Shown piece by piece: positions 1-13,275 of a DNA stretch of 64,000 nt (within the stretch, counting starts at the first letter, position 1; each line of letters starts with the position of its first letter). The DNA is taken from positions 68,914,918 through 68,978,917 of the forward strand of contig NC_057718.1 of NCBI RefSeq assembly GCF_004010195.1, written 5' to 3'. Origin of the DNA: Chiloscyllium plagiosum (lineage: Eukaryota). Position numbers and translations under genes: made by a program. The notes beneath the pieces were generated by a model. The model did no database searches and was not told the DNA's origin. It saw only the letters and a program-made list of their open reading frames with translations.

Positions 1-172
1 CCCCCCTACCTTTTATCTTAGCTTGCTGGACACACTTTCCTCATTCCTGAAGAAGGGCTCATGCCCGAAACGTTGATTCTCCTGCTCCTAGGATGCTGCC
101 TGACCTGCTGCGCTTTTCCAGCAAGACATTTTCAGCTCTGATCTCCAGCATCTGCAGTCTTCACTTTCCCCT
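1..172 (+). mobile_element. 3' pseudo-LTR (pLTR) of Neptune-type Penelope-like element (family A) with hammerhead motif at 43-76
   Basis: CTGAAGA-A-GGGC(tcat)GCCC-GAAA-CGTT; the same sequence adjoins PLE RT at 3136-4035 and 16517-17760. Confidence 0.8.
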
Positions 173-254
173 CCATATAATATTATCTGGGTCTCTGAAT
201 TAACAGCCCACCAGCAATAATACCACTAGGCCATCACCTCTCCCTAATGGAGGG

Positions 255-1200
255 ATTGTTTGATCACCTTCAATGACAAGATCTACAAACAAATCAATGG
301 GACACCTATGGGATCCCAATATCAGAATTTTTAGCAGAAGCAGTTATGCAGAGGTTAGAATGAACAGCCCTTCCCATGATCTAGCCCAACCTTTGAGTCC
401 GTTATGTGGATGACACCTTTGTCATCATGAAATGCATCAAATTAGAAGAAACTCACAAACACATAAACAACATCCTTACTGGTCTAAAGTTCACCAAAGA
501 GGAAGAAAACTCAACTGACTCCCCTTCCTAGATTTCACAGTAGAAAGAAAAGCCAACAGAGAGCTGCAGACCAGCTCTACACACAGCTCTACAGACAGGA
601 AAGCTCTACACACTGAATAGATGCTCAACAATAGAAAGAGTCATCCCAACACCGACAAGAGGAACTGCATCAGAACAATATTTAAATGAGCCACAACACA
701 CTGCAGCACCCAGGAACTACCGAGAAGCTGAAGAAAAGCCCTACACAACGTATTCAGGAACAACAGATACACGATATGCGCTGTCTGCCAATTCCTGCAC
801 AACAGACGTAAACAAGAAGACACAACATGCCCAGAGACTCTAGCCACCCTGCCATACATCAAAGACATCTCGGAGATGACAACCAGACTACTCCAGCCCC
901 TAGGCATCATGGTAGCCCACAAACTTACCACCACACTGAAACCTCTCCTGATGAATTTAAAGGACCCCATACCAACAACCAGCAGAACAAACGTCATGCA
1001 CAAAATATCCTGCAAGGACTGCAACAAACATTATATTGGACAGATGGGCAGGAAACTAGCCACCAGAATACATGAGCACCAACTAGTCAACAAAAGGCAT
1101 GACCAACTATCACTGGTATTCATGCACACAGAAGAAGAGGGACACCAGTTCGACTGGGACAATACATCCATCCTGGACCAGGCTAAACAAAGACATGCAC
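255..1200 (+). mobile_element. Decayed Poseidon-type Penelope-like element (RT + GIY-YIG)
   Basis: YKQINGTPMGS and RYVDDTF RT motifs with stops; NVMHKISCKDCNKHYIGQMGRKLATRIHEH GIY-YIG-like. Confidence 0.85.
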
Positions 1201-1204
1201 GTAT

Positions 1205-1530
1205 CTGACAACATCCTGGAAAATCTCTTCTGAACCCTCTCCAGCTTGATAATATCCTTCATATAACTGGGTGACTAGAACAGGACATGGTATTCCAGAA
1301 GAGGCCTCACCGATCTCCTATACAACCTCAATATGACTTCCCAACTCCTTTACTCAAAGGACTAGCCATTTGGATACAGAATTGGCTCCAAGGTAGAAGA
1401 CAAAGGGTGGTGGAGCAGGGTTGCTTTTCAGACTGGAGGCCTCTGACCAGTGGTGTGCCACAAGGATCAGTGCTGGGTCCACTGCTTTTCGTGATTTATA
1501 TAAATGATTTGGATGTGAACATAGGAGGTA
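1205..1530. mobile_element. Rearranged CR1 LINE fragments
   Basis: [14 protein letters not shown]...[22 protein letters not shown] on +; 3'-part fragment on -. Confidence 0.75.
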
Positions 1531-3101
1531 TCTCTCCCATGTCCTGGGGTTCAACACCAGGACAACCTCCTTGATCTTTAAGGGGCTTTACCCTCTTTCT
1601 AGTTACCCTCTTCCTCTTAGTGTAGTTGTAGAATCAATTTTGATTATCCTTTACCTTATCTGCTAATGCTACCTGTATCCCCTGTTTGCCTTCCTAAGAA
1701 TGCCTCTACACTCGATATTGATTAAGAGATTCAATTGAACCAGTTTGTGTATATCCACCTCCATCCACCATGACTACTTCCATCTAGAAGTAAGAACTCA
1801 GAGCAAGAGTAGACCATCTGGCCCTTCGAACCTGCTTTGCCATTTCAATAAGTTCATGGCTGATCTTTTTGTGTCCTCAGCTTCACCTACCCGCTCTCTC
1901 ACCATAACCCCTAATTCCTTTATTGTTTTAAAAAAGTCTATCTTAGCTTTAAAAACATTCACTAAAGTAGTGTCAACTACACCCCTGGGCAGGGAATTGT
2001 ATCGATTCACAACTCTCTGGGTGAAGATGTTCCTTCTCAACTCAGTCCTAAATCTGCTCCGCCCTCTTGTCCTAGTTTCACCTGCCAGTGGACACATTTT
2101 CTCCACTGCTATCTTATTTATTCCCTTTGTAATTTTATGTATTTTTATAAGATCCTACCTTATTCTTCTAAATTACAATGAATATAATCCTAGACTTTCT
2201 CCTCAGTCTCTCCTCGTAAGCCAACCCCCTCAGCTCCAGAATCAATCTAGTGTACCTCCTCTGGAGACCAAAACTGCACGCACTACTCCAGGTGTGGCCT
2301 TGTCAGCACTCTGCTGCAACACAAGTTCCCTGCTTTTAAATTCAATCCCTTTAGCAATAGGAACAAATTTTATTTGCATTGCTATTTATTCATTGGACCT
2401 GCAGACCAACCTTCTGTGATTCATGCACAAGGACACCCAGGTCCCTCTGCACAGCAGCAGCTGCAGCTTTTTATCATTCAAGTAATAGCCATTTATTACT
2501 GTTACTCCTACCAAAATGAATGACTTCACATTTATTAATATTGTATTCCATCTGCCAGACCTTTGCCCAGATAATTTATCTATGTTCCTCTGCAAAGTTT
2601 CACAGTCCTCTGTACATTTTGCTCTGCTGCTCGTCTTAATGTCATCTGCAAACTTTGACACACTACATGTGGTCCCCAACTCCAAATCATCTATATAAAT
2701 TGTGAATAGCCAACCAGAATAGCACTCATTTATCCGCACTCTCTTTGTTTCCTGTTAGTCAACCAATCCTCTATCCATGCTAATACTTTACCAGTAATGC
2801 TGTGCATCTTTATCTTATGCAGCAGCCTGTTCATAGAATGATATCATAGAATCCCTATAGTGTGGAAACCAGCCCTCTGGCCCAACAAGTCCACACTGAC
2901 CCTGTAGAGAGTATCCCACCCAAACCTATTCCTCTACATTTACCACTGACTAATGCAGAGCTGAAAATGTGTGGCTGGAAAAGCGCAGCAGGTCAGGCAG
3001 CATACAAGGAACAGGAGAATCGACGTTTCGGGCATAAGCCGTTCTTCAGGAATGAGGAAAGAGTGTCCAGCAGGCTAAGATAAAAGGTAGGGAGGAGGGA
3101 C

Positions 3102-3135
3102 NNNNNNNNNNNNNNNNNNNNNNNNNNNNNNNNNN
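3102..3135. other. Assembly gap (N run)
   Basis: N bases. Confidence 1.
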
Positions 3136-3201
3136 ATATCAAAGTTGAAACTTTATTGCTGGAACAGCACAGCAGGTCAGGCAGCATCCAGGGAACAGGA
3201 G

Positions 3202-3237
3202 ATTCGACGTTTCGGGCACAGGCCCTTCTTCAGGAAT
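3202..3237 (-). ncRNA. Minimal type I hammerhead ribozyme motif (family A), intact
   Basis: ATTC-CTGAAGA-A-GGGC(ctgt)GCCC-GAAA-CGTC-GAAT: stem I, core, stem II, GUC site. Confidence 0.8.
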
Positions 3238-5053
3238 GAGCAGAGAGTGTTCAGCAGGAGAAGATAAAAGGTAGGGAGGAGGGACTTGGTGGAGGGGCGT
3301 TGGAAATGTGATAGGTGGAAAGAGGTCAAGGTGAGGGTGATAGGTCGGAGTAGGGTGGAGGCGGAGAGGTCAAGAAGAAGACTGCAGGTCAGGAAGGCGG
3401 TGCCGGGCTGGAGGGATTCGGCTGTGACAAGTTGGGGGGAGGGGGGATGAAGAAACTGGTGAGGTCCAAGTTCATCCCCTGTGGTTGGAGGGTTCCCAGT
3501 CGGAAGATAAGACGCTCCTCCTCCGACCGTCGGGTTGTTGTGGTTAGGTTGGGTCGGTGGGGGGTGTGGATCTGACAAGGGAGTCGCGGAGGGAGTGGTC
3601 TCTACGGAAAGCTGATAGGGGAGGGGAGGGAAATATATCCTTGGTGCTGGGGTCTGTTTGGAGGTGGCGGAAGTGACGGCGGATGATGCGCTGTACATGG
3701 GGATTGGTGGGGTGGTAGGTGGGGACCAGTGGGGTTCTGACCTGGTGGCGGTTGGAGGGGCGGGGCTCAAGGGCGGAGGAGCGGGAAGTGGAGGAGATGC
3801 GGTGGAGGGCATCGTTGACTACATCTGGGGGGAAATTGCGGTCCTTGAAGAAGGAGGCCATCTGGGTTGTACGGTTTTGGAACTGGTCCTCCTGGGAGCA
3901 GATGTGGCGGAAACGAAGGAATAGGGAATATGGGATGGCGTTTTTACAGGGTGCAGGGTGGGAGGAGGTGTAGTCTAGGTAGCTGTGGGAGTCGGTCGGT
4001 TTATAGTAGATGTCCGTGTCGATTTGGTCACCCGAGACTAATGCACCCAATCCACACATCCCTGAACACTATGGGCAATTTAGCATGGCCAATTCACCTA
4101 ACCTGCACATCTTTGGATTGTGGGAGGAAACCTACACAGACACAGGGAGAATATGCAAACTCCACACAGACAGTCACCCGAAGCTGGAGTCAAACCCGTG
4201 TCCCTGAGTCAGCAGTGCTAACCACTGAGCCAGTGTGCCGGTATAGTCCAGCACCTTGTCGAAGACCTTTTGGAAGTCTAGATACAACACATCTAATGGG
4301 TCCCCATTGTCCACTGTGCTCGTACTGTCTTCATAGAATTCCAAAAGATTAGTTAAGCATGACCTGCCTTTCATGAACCCATGCTGCGTCTGCCCAATGG
4401 GACAATTTCTATCTAAATGCCTTGCTATTTCATCCTTGATAACAAACTCCAGCATCTCCCCCACTACACAGGTTAAGCTAACCGGTCTATAATTGCTCAT
4501 CTTTTGTCTACCACCCATTTTAAACAGTGGCATGACATTTGCTGTTTTCCAATCTGCTGGAACTACCCCAGAGTTCAGTGAATTTTGGAAAATGACCACA
4601 AGTGCACTTGCTGTTTCTCCCGCCATATCTAGAAGGATAACGGCAAGAGGAACACAGGAACACCATCTCGCAAGTTCCCCTCCAAGCCAGTCATCATGCT
4701 GATTTGGAAGTATATTGCCTCCTTTCACTGTCACTAGGGGAGCATCCTGGAATTCCCACCTTGTCGGCATTGTGGGTCAACTCACAGGTGGACTTTCAGC
4801 AGTTCAAGAAGGCAATTCACCACCACCTTTTCAAGGGCAACTAGGAATGGAGAATAAGTGCTTGCCGACCAGAAGCATGCACATCCCACGAATGAATAAA
4901 AAAGAATAAAATTACAGGAAGAAAGGTATGAAGAAATGCTGTCAGGGTAGCTTTGACTATCACTGAGTAGTACTCTTGTACTAAACAGTCTCTTTAATTC
5001 CATTCTTCTAAATAACATTTATTGCTGTGGGAACATATATGGACCCTGGATAT

Positions 5054-5381
5054 GCAGCACAGTGGCTCAGTGGTTAGCACTGCTGCCTCACAGCACCAGG
5101 GACCTGGGTTTGATTCCAGTCTTGGACGACTGTCTGTGCAGAGTTTGCACATGCTCTCAGTGTCTGCGTAGGTTTCCTCTGGATGCTCCAGTTTTCTCCT
5201 ACAATCCAAAGATGTGCACGTTAGGTGAATTGGTCATGCTAAATTCCCCATAGTGTTAGGTGCATTTGTCGGGGTAAATATAGGGTAGGGGAATGGGTCT
5301 GTGTGAGTTACTCTTCGGAGCATCGGTATGGACTTGTTGGGCCGAATGGCTTGTTTCCATACTGTAGGGAATCTGATCTAA
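5054..5381 (+). mobile_element. HE1-like tRNA-derived V-SINE
   Basis: A box TGGCTCAGTGGTTAGC, B-box-like GGTTTGATTCC, V-domain, CR1-like tail. Confidence 0.85.
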
Positions 5382-5569
5382 TATGCCTGCCTTTTTGTGG
5401 CAAAGAATTGAACATTCTTTGATTCAGGCTAACCTTATCTATATTTGTAGTGCATGTAGTGCATTGATGGCAATATCAGTGTAATTTTCTGAATTAGTTT
5501 CATTTCTTTTTGTTGCTCTTGACTAGAAAAAAACATCCCCCCTCCCCCCCCCAATTCCATATTCTATCC

Positions 5570-6360
5570 TTCCATTTCTTTCACCTGGTCCACCTCCAAT
5601 GCCACCCTTCCTTTTCTCCAGTTCTGGGTGTAGGCTGTCAGGTGGTATAAGTCCACTGATTCCCACAACTACCCTGACTCTGTATCCTCCTACCCCATTC
5701 CTTTTCTGGACTCCTTTCCAGTCTCCAAGGTTCTTTGTCTCAGTTTGATGATGTCACTTTCTATATTTCTTCTTCCAATCAGTCTTCCTTTTTCCTTGAA
5801 TGCTGCCATCATAGCTGACAAGAGCTTTAACCATATCTGATCCATTTCCAAAGATATTGCTCTTACCCTCTTCTCTCACTCCTAGAACCATAAAAGGTTG
5901 CACTTGTCCTTCTTTTCCAAACCATGTGCCTCCATTTGAACAGATCATCCTCTGCCATTTCTGCCATCTCTAGTGTGATGCCACAGCCAAACACATTTTC
6001 TCTTCCTCATCCAACATTCCAAGGGGACTGTCCTTTTTGAAAAATCTCAATCACCATGAATACCTCCTTGCCTTCCCAAAGAAGCTCAACATCTGGTTTG
6101 TTACTTTCTTGCTTCTCCATATCCAAAACTTAAAACCCTCCTTGTACTTATTTTAAGTAAGCCTATTGTATTTACTGCTGACAATATGGTCTGTAATTTG
6201 TGGAAATTAAACAGATTGGGCAACCACTTTGATGAAAATCTCCATTTAATCTGCAAGGATGATCCTGGGCTTGTAATTGCTTGTTGATTTAATTCTCTAT
6301 CTCAGTCTCACTCCTTAGATCAAGGGCAAAGAAGTCAGTGAAGCTCAAAAGTACCTCATT
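5570..6360 (+). mobile_element. Old degenerate Neptune-type PLE remnant
   Basis: TATAAGTCCACTGATTCCCACAACTAC resembles the YKPTDSHSY-coding segment of the younger copies. Confidence 0.5.
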
Positions 6361-6367
6361 TCAATTA

Positions 6368-6558
6368 TGATTTGGAGATGCCGGTGTTGGACTGGGGTGT
6401 ACAAAGTTAAAAATCACAATGCACCAGGTTATAGTCCAACAGATTTATTTGGAAGCACTAGCTTTCGGAGCGCTGCTCCTTCATCTGGTGGTTGTCCAAA
6501 AGCTTGTGCTTCCAAATAAACCTGTTGGACTATAACCTGGTGTTGTGTGATTTTTTAA
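6368..6558. mobile_element. Fold-back PLE pLTR (family B) with degenerate hammerhead
   Basis: Inverted arms CACCAGGTTATAGTCCAACAG / CTGTTGGACTATAACCTGGTG; minus strand GATGA-AGGAGC..GCTCC-GAAAGCTA. Confidence 0.75.
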
Positions 6559-6626
6559 ATCATTTCAATTATGTGCTTTACAAACTTCTGGGCTCAACCT
6601 TTGAGTTCAGTAGTGTGAGATATTGT

Positions 6627-6749
6627 GTTCGGGAGTGTGGTGCTGGAAAAGCACAGCAGGTCAGGCAGCATCCGAGGAGCAGGAGAATTGACCTTTCGGG
6701 CATAAGCTCTTCATCAGGATTGAGGCATCTGTAGTCATCACTTTCTCCC
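6627..6749. mobile_element. Short inverted PLE pLTR (family A)
   Basis: TSD TGAGATATTGT at 6616-6626 and 6750-6760. Confidence 0.7.
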
Positions 6750-8140
6750 TGAGATATTGTATTACAGATTATTTTTATTAACTCACTCACAAGCTCGCTA
6801 AAGTTACTACATTTTCACACCTTATCAGCCCTTGCTGTGTTTATGTCTGAATAAGTGTGGCATACAAAACAATGCCAGGCCTGTCAAGTCTCCACGCAAC
6901 ATTACAATATTAATCAGCCCTTGCCAACCATCTCCTGGACCTGAATAGATTCCCCAGTTAGTAAGTTCCTGTTAAATACTTCTTAACTCGGCTATTTTCC
7001 CTTTAAGACACTAACTGACAAAACAGTGCTTCCATGAAATTGCATGAATGAATGAAACTCATCCGGCAAATAGTAAATAATCTCACAACCCAGCTGCAGT
7101 AATCAGTTTAATATCCTTTGCTTTTTTATTAAGTACAGGTACAATTTCTAACTTATTTAGAGCATATAGGCCAGGTATTTTTACTAACATTTACTAACTT
7201 AAAAGACAAAGGGACTAACACCCCTTAATTATGCAAGTGGATTGGATAGACACTCTTAATCCCATCAGAAGTAGCAGCCTGCATTTAGCACATTTTAACC
7301 CTTATCCTGTCTGTCAGGACAGAAGTCCTTCAAACCTTTCTGTGCTATAGATAAAACAATGTAATACTATAGTAATGGAATTTTAATATATGTAAGAACT
7401 GTATTTCGGGATTCTATTGCCACGTCGAACTTGTACTGTGATTGCTGAATAAAAGAAGCTATTTTCACCACTCAACGATTTCGGTTGTTATTTGAACACA
7501 GTCCCACAATACTTTCAGATTAGAATTCATGTTCGCAATTTTCTTGGACCACAGCAATTGATGTTGAATGTATCTTCTCCCCCTTTTTATAGAGTCGTAC
7601 AGCATGGAAACAGACTGTTTGGTCAACTTGTCCATGCTGACCAAGTTTCCTAAGCTAAGCTAGTCCTGTTTACATTTCTTCTAAACCCATATTTTGTTTC
7701 CTCCCTTAACATGTTACCAAGCACTACCATCTTGTTAGATATTTCATCATTCCTGCTTTCTACCCTATCACAAACTTACCTTCTTGCTGTTCCACCACCT
7801 CCCCGCGCCCCCCATAAAATTGTCTGCCTCTATACTTAAAACCAGTTACATCTGAACATTTTCCAGTTCTGATGAAAGCTCGTTGATCCACAGATGCTGC
7901 TAGATGTGTTCAGTCTTTCCAGTAGTTTTCTTATTTTCACTGTAATATGTAATGCCTATTCATATTAAGTCTACCTTCTGCATTGTTTTTCATTATTTTT
8001 TAACTAAAAGCTTTTGTTCAAAGCTTCTTCAAAAAATTGCCTTCAAAAAATTCAGAATTAATTTATTTTCCTAATGTGCTACTTCCCATCACTTGTAGTT
8101 GGAAGGGTGAAAATGAAGCAAAAAATGTAAATAGAACTGA

Positions 8141-8463
8141 AGATTCCCTACAGTATGGAAACAGGCCCTTCAGCCCAACAAGTCCACATTGACCCTCTGA
8201 AGAGTAACCCACCCAGACCCATTCCTGTACCCTATATTTATCCCTGACTAATGCACCTAACACTATGGGCAATTTAGCATGGCCAATTCACCTGACCTGT
8301 ACATCTTTGGATTGTGGGAGGAAACCGGAGGACTTGGAGGAAACCAACGCAGCCACTGGGAGAATGTGCAAACTCCACACAGACAGTCATCCGAGGCTGG
8401 AATCGAATCCAGGTCCCTGGTGCTGTGAGACAGCAGTGCTAACCACTGAGCCACCCATGCTGT
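8141..8463 (-). mobile_element. HE1-like V-SINE
   Basis: Reverse complement of the 5054 family. Confidence 0.85.
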
Positions 8464-8524
8464 CCCAAATTTTGTTGGATGGTCACAGTCATGTGAAACT
8501 CCAGATATTATGTCACATTCTAAG

Positions 8525-9300
8525 GATATACATTTAGGATGGAGTTGAGGAGAAATTTCTTCACCTTGAGTGATGAGGCTGTGGAATTCTTTGCCACAGA
8601 AAGTGGTTGAGGCCAAAACATTGAATGTTTTCATGAGAAATTAGATATGGCTCTGAGACTAAAGGGATCAAAAGATATGGGTAGAAAATAAGAACAGGAT
8701 ACTGAGTTGGATGATCAGTCATGATCATAATGAATGGCAAAGCAGGCTCAAAGAACCAAATGACTTACTCATGCTCCAATTTTTCTGTTTCTGTAGGGTG
8801 GGATAAGCCCATGGAGTGATTTGGAAACTAAGATGAAAAATTTTGCAATCAAAGCATTGCATAACCAGGAGCCAATATAGAGCAACAAGCATAGATGTGA
8901 TAGGTGAATGGGAGTTTGCACAATTTAGAAAATGGGCAGCAGAGTCTTGGTGATTTTGACATTGAGGATGAAAAATGGAAGGTTAGCTAGGATTATGTTA
9001 TAGTCACGTTTTTACCACAACTTTTTTTAATAAAAGGAAACTTCAGAACCCTGGTAACAGTTTAGTTTATAATCAATCAGAGGGTGGTTTGCATGTGTGA
9101 TGAACTTCCTGAGGAAGTGATGGATGTGTGTATAATTATGATGTTTAAAAGACATTTGGATAAGTACATGAATAGGAAATGTTTGAAGGGAAATGAGCCA
9201 GGAACAGGCAGGTGGCACTAGTTTAGTTTGGGACTACATTCAGCATGGACTAGTTGGACTGAAGTGTCTGTTTCTGTGCTGTATGATTCTATGACTATAT
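8525..9300 (+). mobile_element. CR1/L2 LINE 3'-end fragments
   Basis: RRNFFT..VMRLWNSLP-type C-terminus and 3' UTRs at 8525-8790 and 9075-9300. Confidence 0.65.
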
Positions 9301-9641
9301 GTAAGTTGAATGGCTATTCTCCTCCTTGGATGCTGCCTGACCTGCTGTGCTTTTCCAGCACCACACACTCAACTCTGATCACCAGCATCTGCTGTCCTCA
9401 CTTTCTCCTAATTCAATAGTGGACAATGCTGAAATTTTAACACTTGACACATCAGAACAATAGACAGCATTTTTGTTCAAAATATGCTCCTGTCACACAG
9501 AATCTGCTGTGGCATGTACAGTTCCATTTATACACATGATATGTGGGTGTCACTGGCTGGCCAGCATTTGCTACCCATTCCTAATTGTTATAAATAACTG
9601 TTCAAAAGGGCAACTGTTTGAGATTCTATCAGGTTATTCCT

Positions 9642-9765
9642 TCACCTGATGAAGGATCAGTGCTTCAAAAGCTGGTGATTTCAAATAAATCGGTTGGACT
9701 ACAACCTGGTGTTGTGTGACTTCTAACTTGGACCACCCCACTCCAACGCTGGCACATCCACATCA
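9642..9765 (+). mobile_element. PLE pLTR (family B) with degenerate hammerhead
   Basis: CACCTGATGAAGGATCAGTGCTTCAAAAGCT... Confidence 0.65.
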
Positions 9766-9935
9766 GGATGAATGTGACTGAGGCTGATGTGCACACTGTG
9801 CTGTTGGTTTCCGGTTTGCCTCACCCTCTTTGTGGGAAATATCCAGACTTCAGTCAGTTCTCCTGAACATCTCATGACTTATAATTAAATGAACATTAAA
9901 GAAGCCATATAATAAGTGTTTTTTATTCTATCTAG

Positions 9936-10108
9936 AAACTGATGTGGGCCTCTGCTTATGCCCCTGACACGCCAATGATACATTTTGACTATCACCATTG
10001 TGTGAAAGGAGGGAAGGCGGAGAAGCTGCACTCATTGCTAAAACCTCAGCTGCAGGAACACTTGGAAAACTTTGGCTTCTTCACCAGTGGTGAGCAGATA
10101 TGTCCCTG
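9936..10108 (+). CDS. SYNJ2: Synaptojanin-2 internal coding exon (Sac1 domain), KLMWASAYAPDTPMIHFDYHH...GEQICP
   Basis: tctAG acceptor, GTGAGT donor; 173 nt, phase 0 to 2; translation resembles recalled SYNJ2 [21 protein letters not shown]. Confidence 0.92.
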
Positions 10109-10244
10109 GTGAGTCTTTAGAAGTTCTTATTCTATTTCCTTTTTCAGTGGTAAAATTATGAAACTGCATCAGTCAAGTAAAATTACAATTTGTTTTCCTT
10201 GCTGAAATTACACTATCTATTTAGTCTGGTTAACTAAAAGACTG

Positions 10245-10454
10245 AAAGAGTGTGGTGCTGGAAAAGCACAGCAGGTCAGGCAGTATTCGAGGAGCAGAAG
10301 AGTTGATGTTTCCGGCATAAGCCCTTCATCAGGAATGGCTTATGCCCGAAATGTTGACACTCCTGTTCCTCGGATGTTGCTTGACCTACTGTGCTTTTCC
10401 AGCACCACACTTCTTAACTCTGATCTCCAGCATCTGCGGTCCTCTCTGTCTCCT
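10245..10454. mobile_element. Fold-back PLE pLTR (family A)
   Basis: Inverted arms; diverged TSD TAACTAAAAGACTG / TGACTAAAAAACTG. Confidence 0.8.
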
Positions 10455-12501
10455 TGACTAAAAAACTGTTTAGGTGGCATGTCCTCAAAACGTATATTAA
10501 TACAATTAAAAGTAATAGAAATTAGTGCTTACAAAATGAGAGATCTATCTAATTTAAATGTTTAAGAATTTAGCTTCTTGTGGATATAACCATTTAATAA
10601 ACTGTTTGATAGATCCTTGTTGTGAGTCCTCCATTAGAGTTTGTGTGAAATAAATTAATGAGATGAGATGTGGGTGATATCTTTATTCTGATAGCTATAA
10701 TTTGCTAAATGTTAGGACTGCAGCAAGATTCATTTCATCTTCTAGTGGACTCCAGGTATAAGATAAATAGTCTTACAATTTGATGTAATTGTGGGAGAGG
10801 ATCCATATGGAAGGCTGTTGTGAGAAATAGTGAATACACACTTAAAATTCTGATCTTCATTCTAAAGCACAATGCCATTGATGTGGATATGTAAATTAGT
10901 AGTAAGTTTAGGTGATTTGGCCCCTTGAGTTTGTTTTGCTATTTGACAAGATCGTGGCTGATCTGACTGCGGTCTTAACTCTAAATTCCCTAGTGACCAT
11001 AATTGATTCCCTTGTTAGCCTAAAACCTATCTAAAAATATTTAATTATCCTACCTCCTTTACCTTTTGGGGATGGGAGGTCCATAGACTCATGACTTTTA
11101 GGAAAAAAAACTCAACTATTATCTCAGATGTCATGCTGGAAAAGAATTTTTTTTCATATTGCAACATGTTTTTGTGGAAAGGAAAAGGGATCTCTAATTC
11201 TGCTTTTCCTGCTTTATCACATTTTTTTAAACTTCCTTGTAATTAAAGTCAGTCTGACATTGGTTGCCTTCCTTTTCCCTCTTTTATTTGAATGTACGTA
11301 AGTTATGTACGTAGTCATCTCCTCTTTAAAGACCTCTTATTGTTTTGTTACATTTCCATTTGCCAGTCTTTGACTCCAATTTATCTGGGCCTTTTCAGTT
11401 TTCTGAAATTTGGTAGCCTCCAGTTTGTATTTTTATTTTAGATTGTGCCTTGTCATACTCCATACATTACCCAACTTAGATCACTACTGGCTAGATTCAC
11501 CATTTGACCCACTCTATTCCTCAGGATTACATCCAGCAATGTCACTTTCCATATTGAACAGTGACATAATAATCAAAAAAAGTTCACCAATATGCATTTC
11601 AAAATTTCTTCCTCGTTTGTCCTCAATCACACACAGTTCCATTTAAGTTCCTATTATCATAGTTCATGCATCCTAGTTTGCCTGAAAATCTGGGTCACTT
11701 TCTCCTCCTCACTATTTGATGGTCTGAGAAATACGCAAGTTTGAAATTGATCCTTGTTTGTTTCTTAACTGTAATCATTAACATCTAAGGGTATTTCCTT
11801 TTTCTAGTGTTGTGACACTTTATTTTAATCAAAATTGTTACTCCTTCCTTTTTTCCTTTCTCTTCATTCCTGATACCTTATACCCAGGAATATTAATAGT
11901 TCTATCCTTTTTTGAGCCAAGTCTCCATTATTGCCACTGCATTATATTTCCATCATTATTAACCTTTATTAACCACTCTTCCTCCATAAATTCACTCCAT
12001 ACCTGACCTTGAACTCTGCATTCTGTGATCTGAGCTATATCAGTAATATCCTGTTAATGTGTCTTTCTCTATGCTGTCTGTAGTTTTAAATTTTTCATTT
12101 TGGTGCCCAGTCTTCTGAATTATTTAATCCCCTTTCTCTCAGAATAAATTCAATAATCCAGCCTCCGCTGCTGCCTTGAGTAGTGAATTCCAAAGGTTAA
12201 TAACTCTTAAAAGAAGAAGTTTATTCTCTTTCCATCTCAAGTGGCAGGACAGTACCAATCTCTACTTCTGAATCTCTAGATGCAGAACCAATATTTTTCA
12301 GATTGCTCAGAAAAGTATAATATTGCTAAAATTTCACTGATATTATAAATTACAATACCACTGATAACCGTTTGTTTTTACATTTAATTTTTAGTCAGGC
12401 TTCCTGGTGTTATACAGTAATTGGAATTTGCAACCTCAAGACTGAATAATGTTCAATCTGTTCTGCAGAAGTAAACCATTAATTGCATCTGTTCTTTTAA
12501 G

Positions 12502-12583
12502 TCTGCAGTCTGGAGTGCTCAGAACAAATTGCCTTGATTGTCTGGATCGGACAAACAGTGTCCAGTCTTATGTGGCATTGGAG
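12502..12583 (+). CDS. SYNJ2: SYNJ2 exon with Sac1 catalytic CX5R(T) motif, [27 protein letters not shown]
   Basis: tttaAG / GTAATA; 82 nt, in frame with neighbouring exons. Confidence 0.95.
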
Positions 12584-12931
12584 GTAATAATTTTAATTTT
12601 TAAAGAAATTGAGACCAATTTTGAAGGAGATATTGTTGGAGAGCGCGTCTTGATAAAATAAAATAAAAATAATAAGAATAGCTTCTGCAACACCTTGAAT
12701 CTGTTCCAGCAACCAGTTGTATCATTGTTGATGTGTATCTGATCTCCATCAACTTGGTTCCATAACCATTAATTCCTCTTCCTTACAAACAACTATCAAT
12801 TCCAGTTGTTGGGCTGTCAATTAAAAATTGGAAGGTTCACTTGCTTTTTTGGGGAGAGAATATAATACAATGGATAAGAGCAGACTACTCGACCCTTCGA
12901 GCCGGCTCTGGCATTCAATAAAATATTGACT

Positions 12932-13275
12932 CATAGAACCTCTACAATATGGAAACAGGCCATTTGACCCAACAAGTCCACATTGACCCTCTAAAGAGTA
13001 ACCCACCCAGACCCATTCCCCTACCCTCTTACTCTACATTTCCCCTAACTAATGCACCTAAATTACACATCCCTGAACACTATGGGCAATTTAGCATGGC
13101 CAATCCACCTAATCTGCACATCTTTGGTCTGTGGGAGAAAACCGGAGCACCCGGAGGAAACCCATGCAAACATGGGGAGAATGTGCAAACTCCACACACA
13201 CAGTTACCTGAGGCTGGAATCGAACTCTGGTCCCTGGCGCTGTGAGGCAGCAGTGCTAACCACTGAGCCAACATG
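12932..13275 (-). mobile_element. HE1-like V-SINE
   Basis: Full head, V-domain and tail on minus strand. Confidence 0.88.

Larger units (their letters stand above)
2958..4035 (-). mobile_element. Neptune-type PLE, 5' truncated, two tandem pLTR pieces around an N gap
   Basis: TDIYYKPTDSHSYLDYTSSHP...NAIPYS RT thumb region; TSD GACTAATGCA at 2948-2957 and 4036-4045. Confidence 0.85.
2832..4240 (-). mobile_element. HE1-like V-SINE split by a PLE (2832-2957 and 4036-4240)
   Basis: tRNA-like head and V-domain at 4040-4240; tail at 2832-2957. Confidence 0.8.
1797..4625 (-). mobile_element. CR1-group LINE (RT to 3' end) interrupted by a V-SINE and a PLE
   Basis: NYRPVSLT, QHGFMKGRSCLTNLLEF, YLDFQKVFDKV (4243-4625) continue into FTIYIDDL..SKFADD (2386-2739). 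Confidence 0.85.

Noticed and set aside
3177..3812. 211-aa Pro-rich ORF
   Set aside because: Alternative frame of a GC-skewed Neptune PLE.
5062..5253. Recurrent MAQWLALLPHS / METGP / MLEKHSRSG short ORFs
   Set aside because: Chance translations of V-SINE and pLTR repeats.
12509..12583. Alternative CTGCAG acceptor 7 nt downstream
   Set aside because: Would shift the CLDCLDRT motif out of frame.
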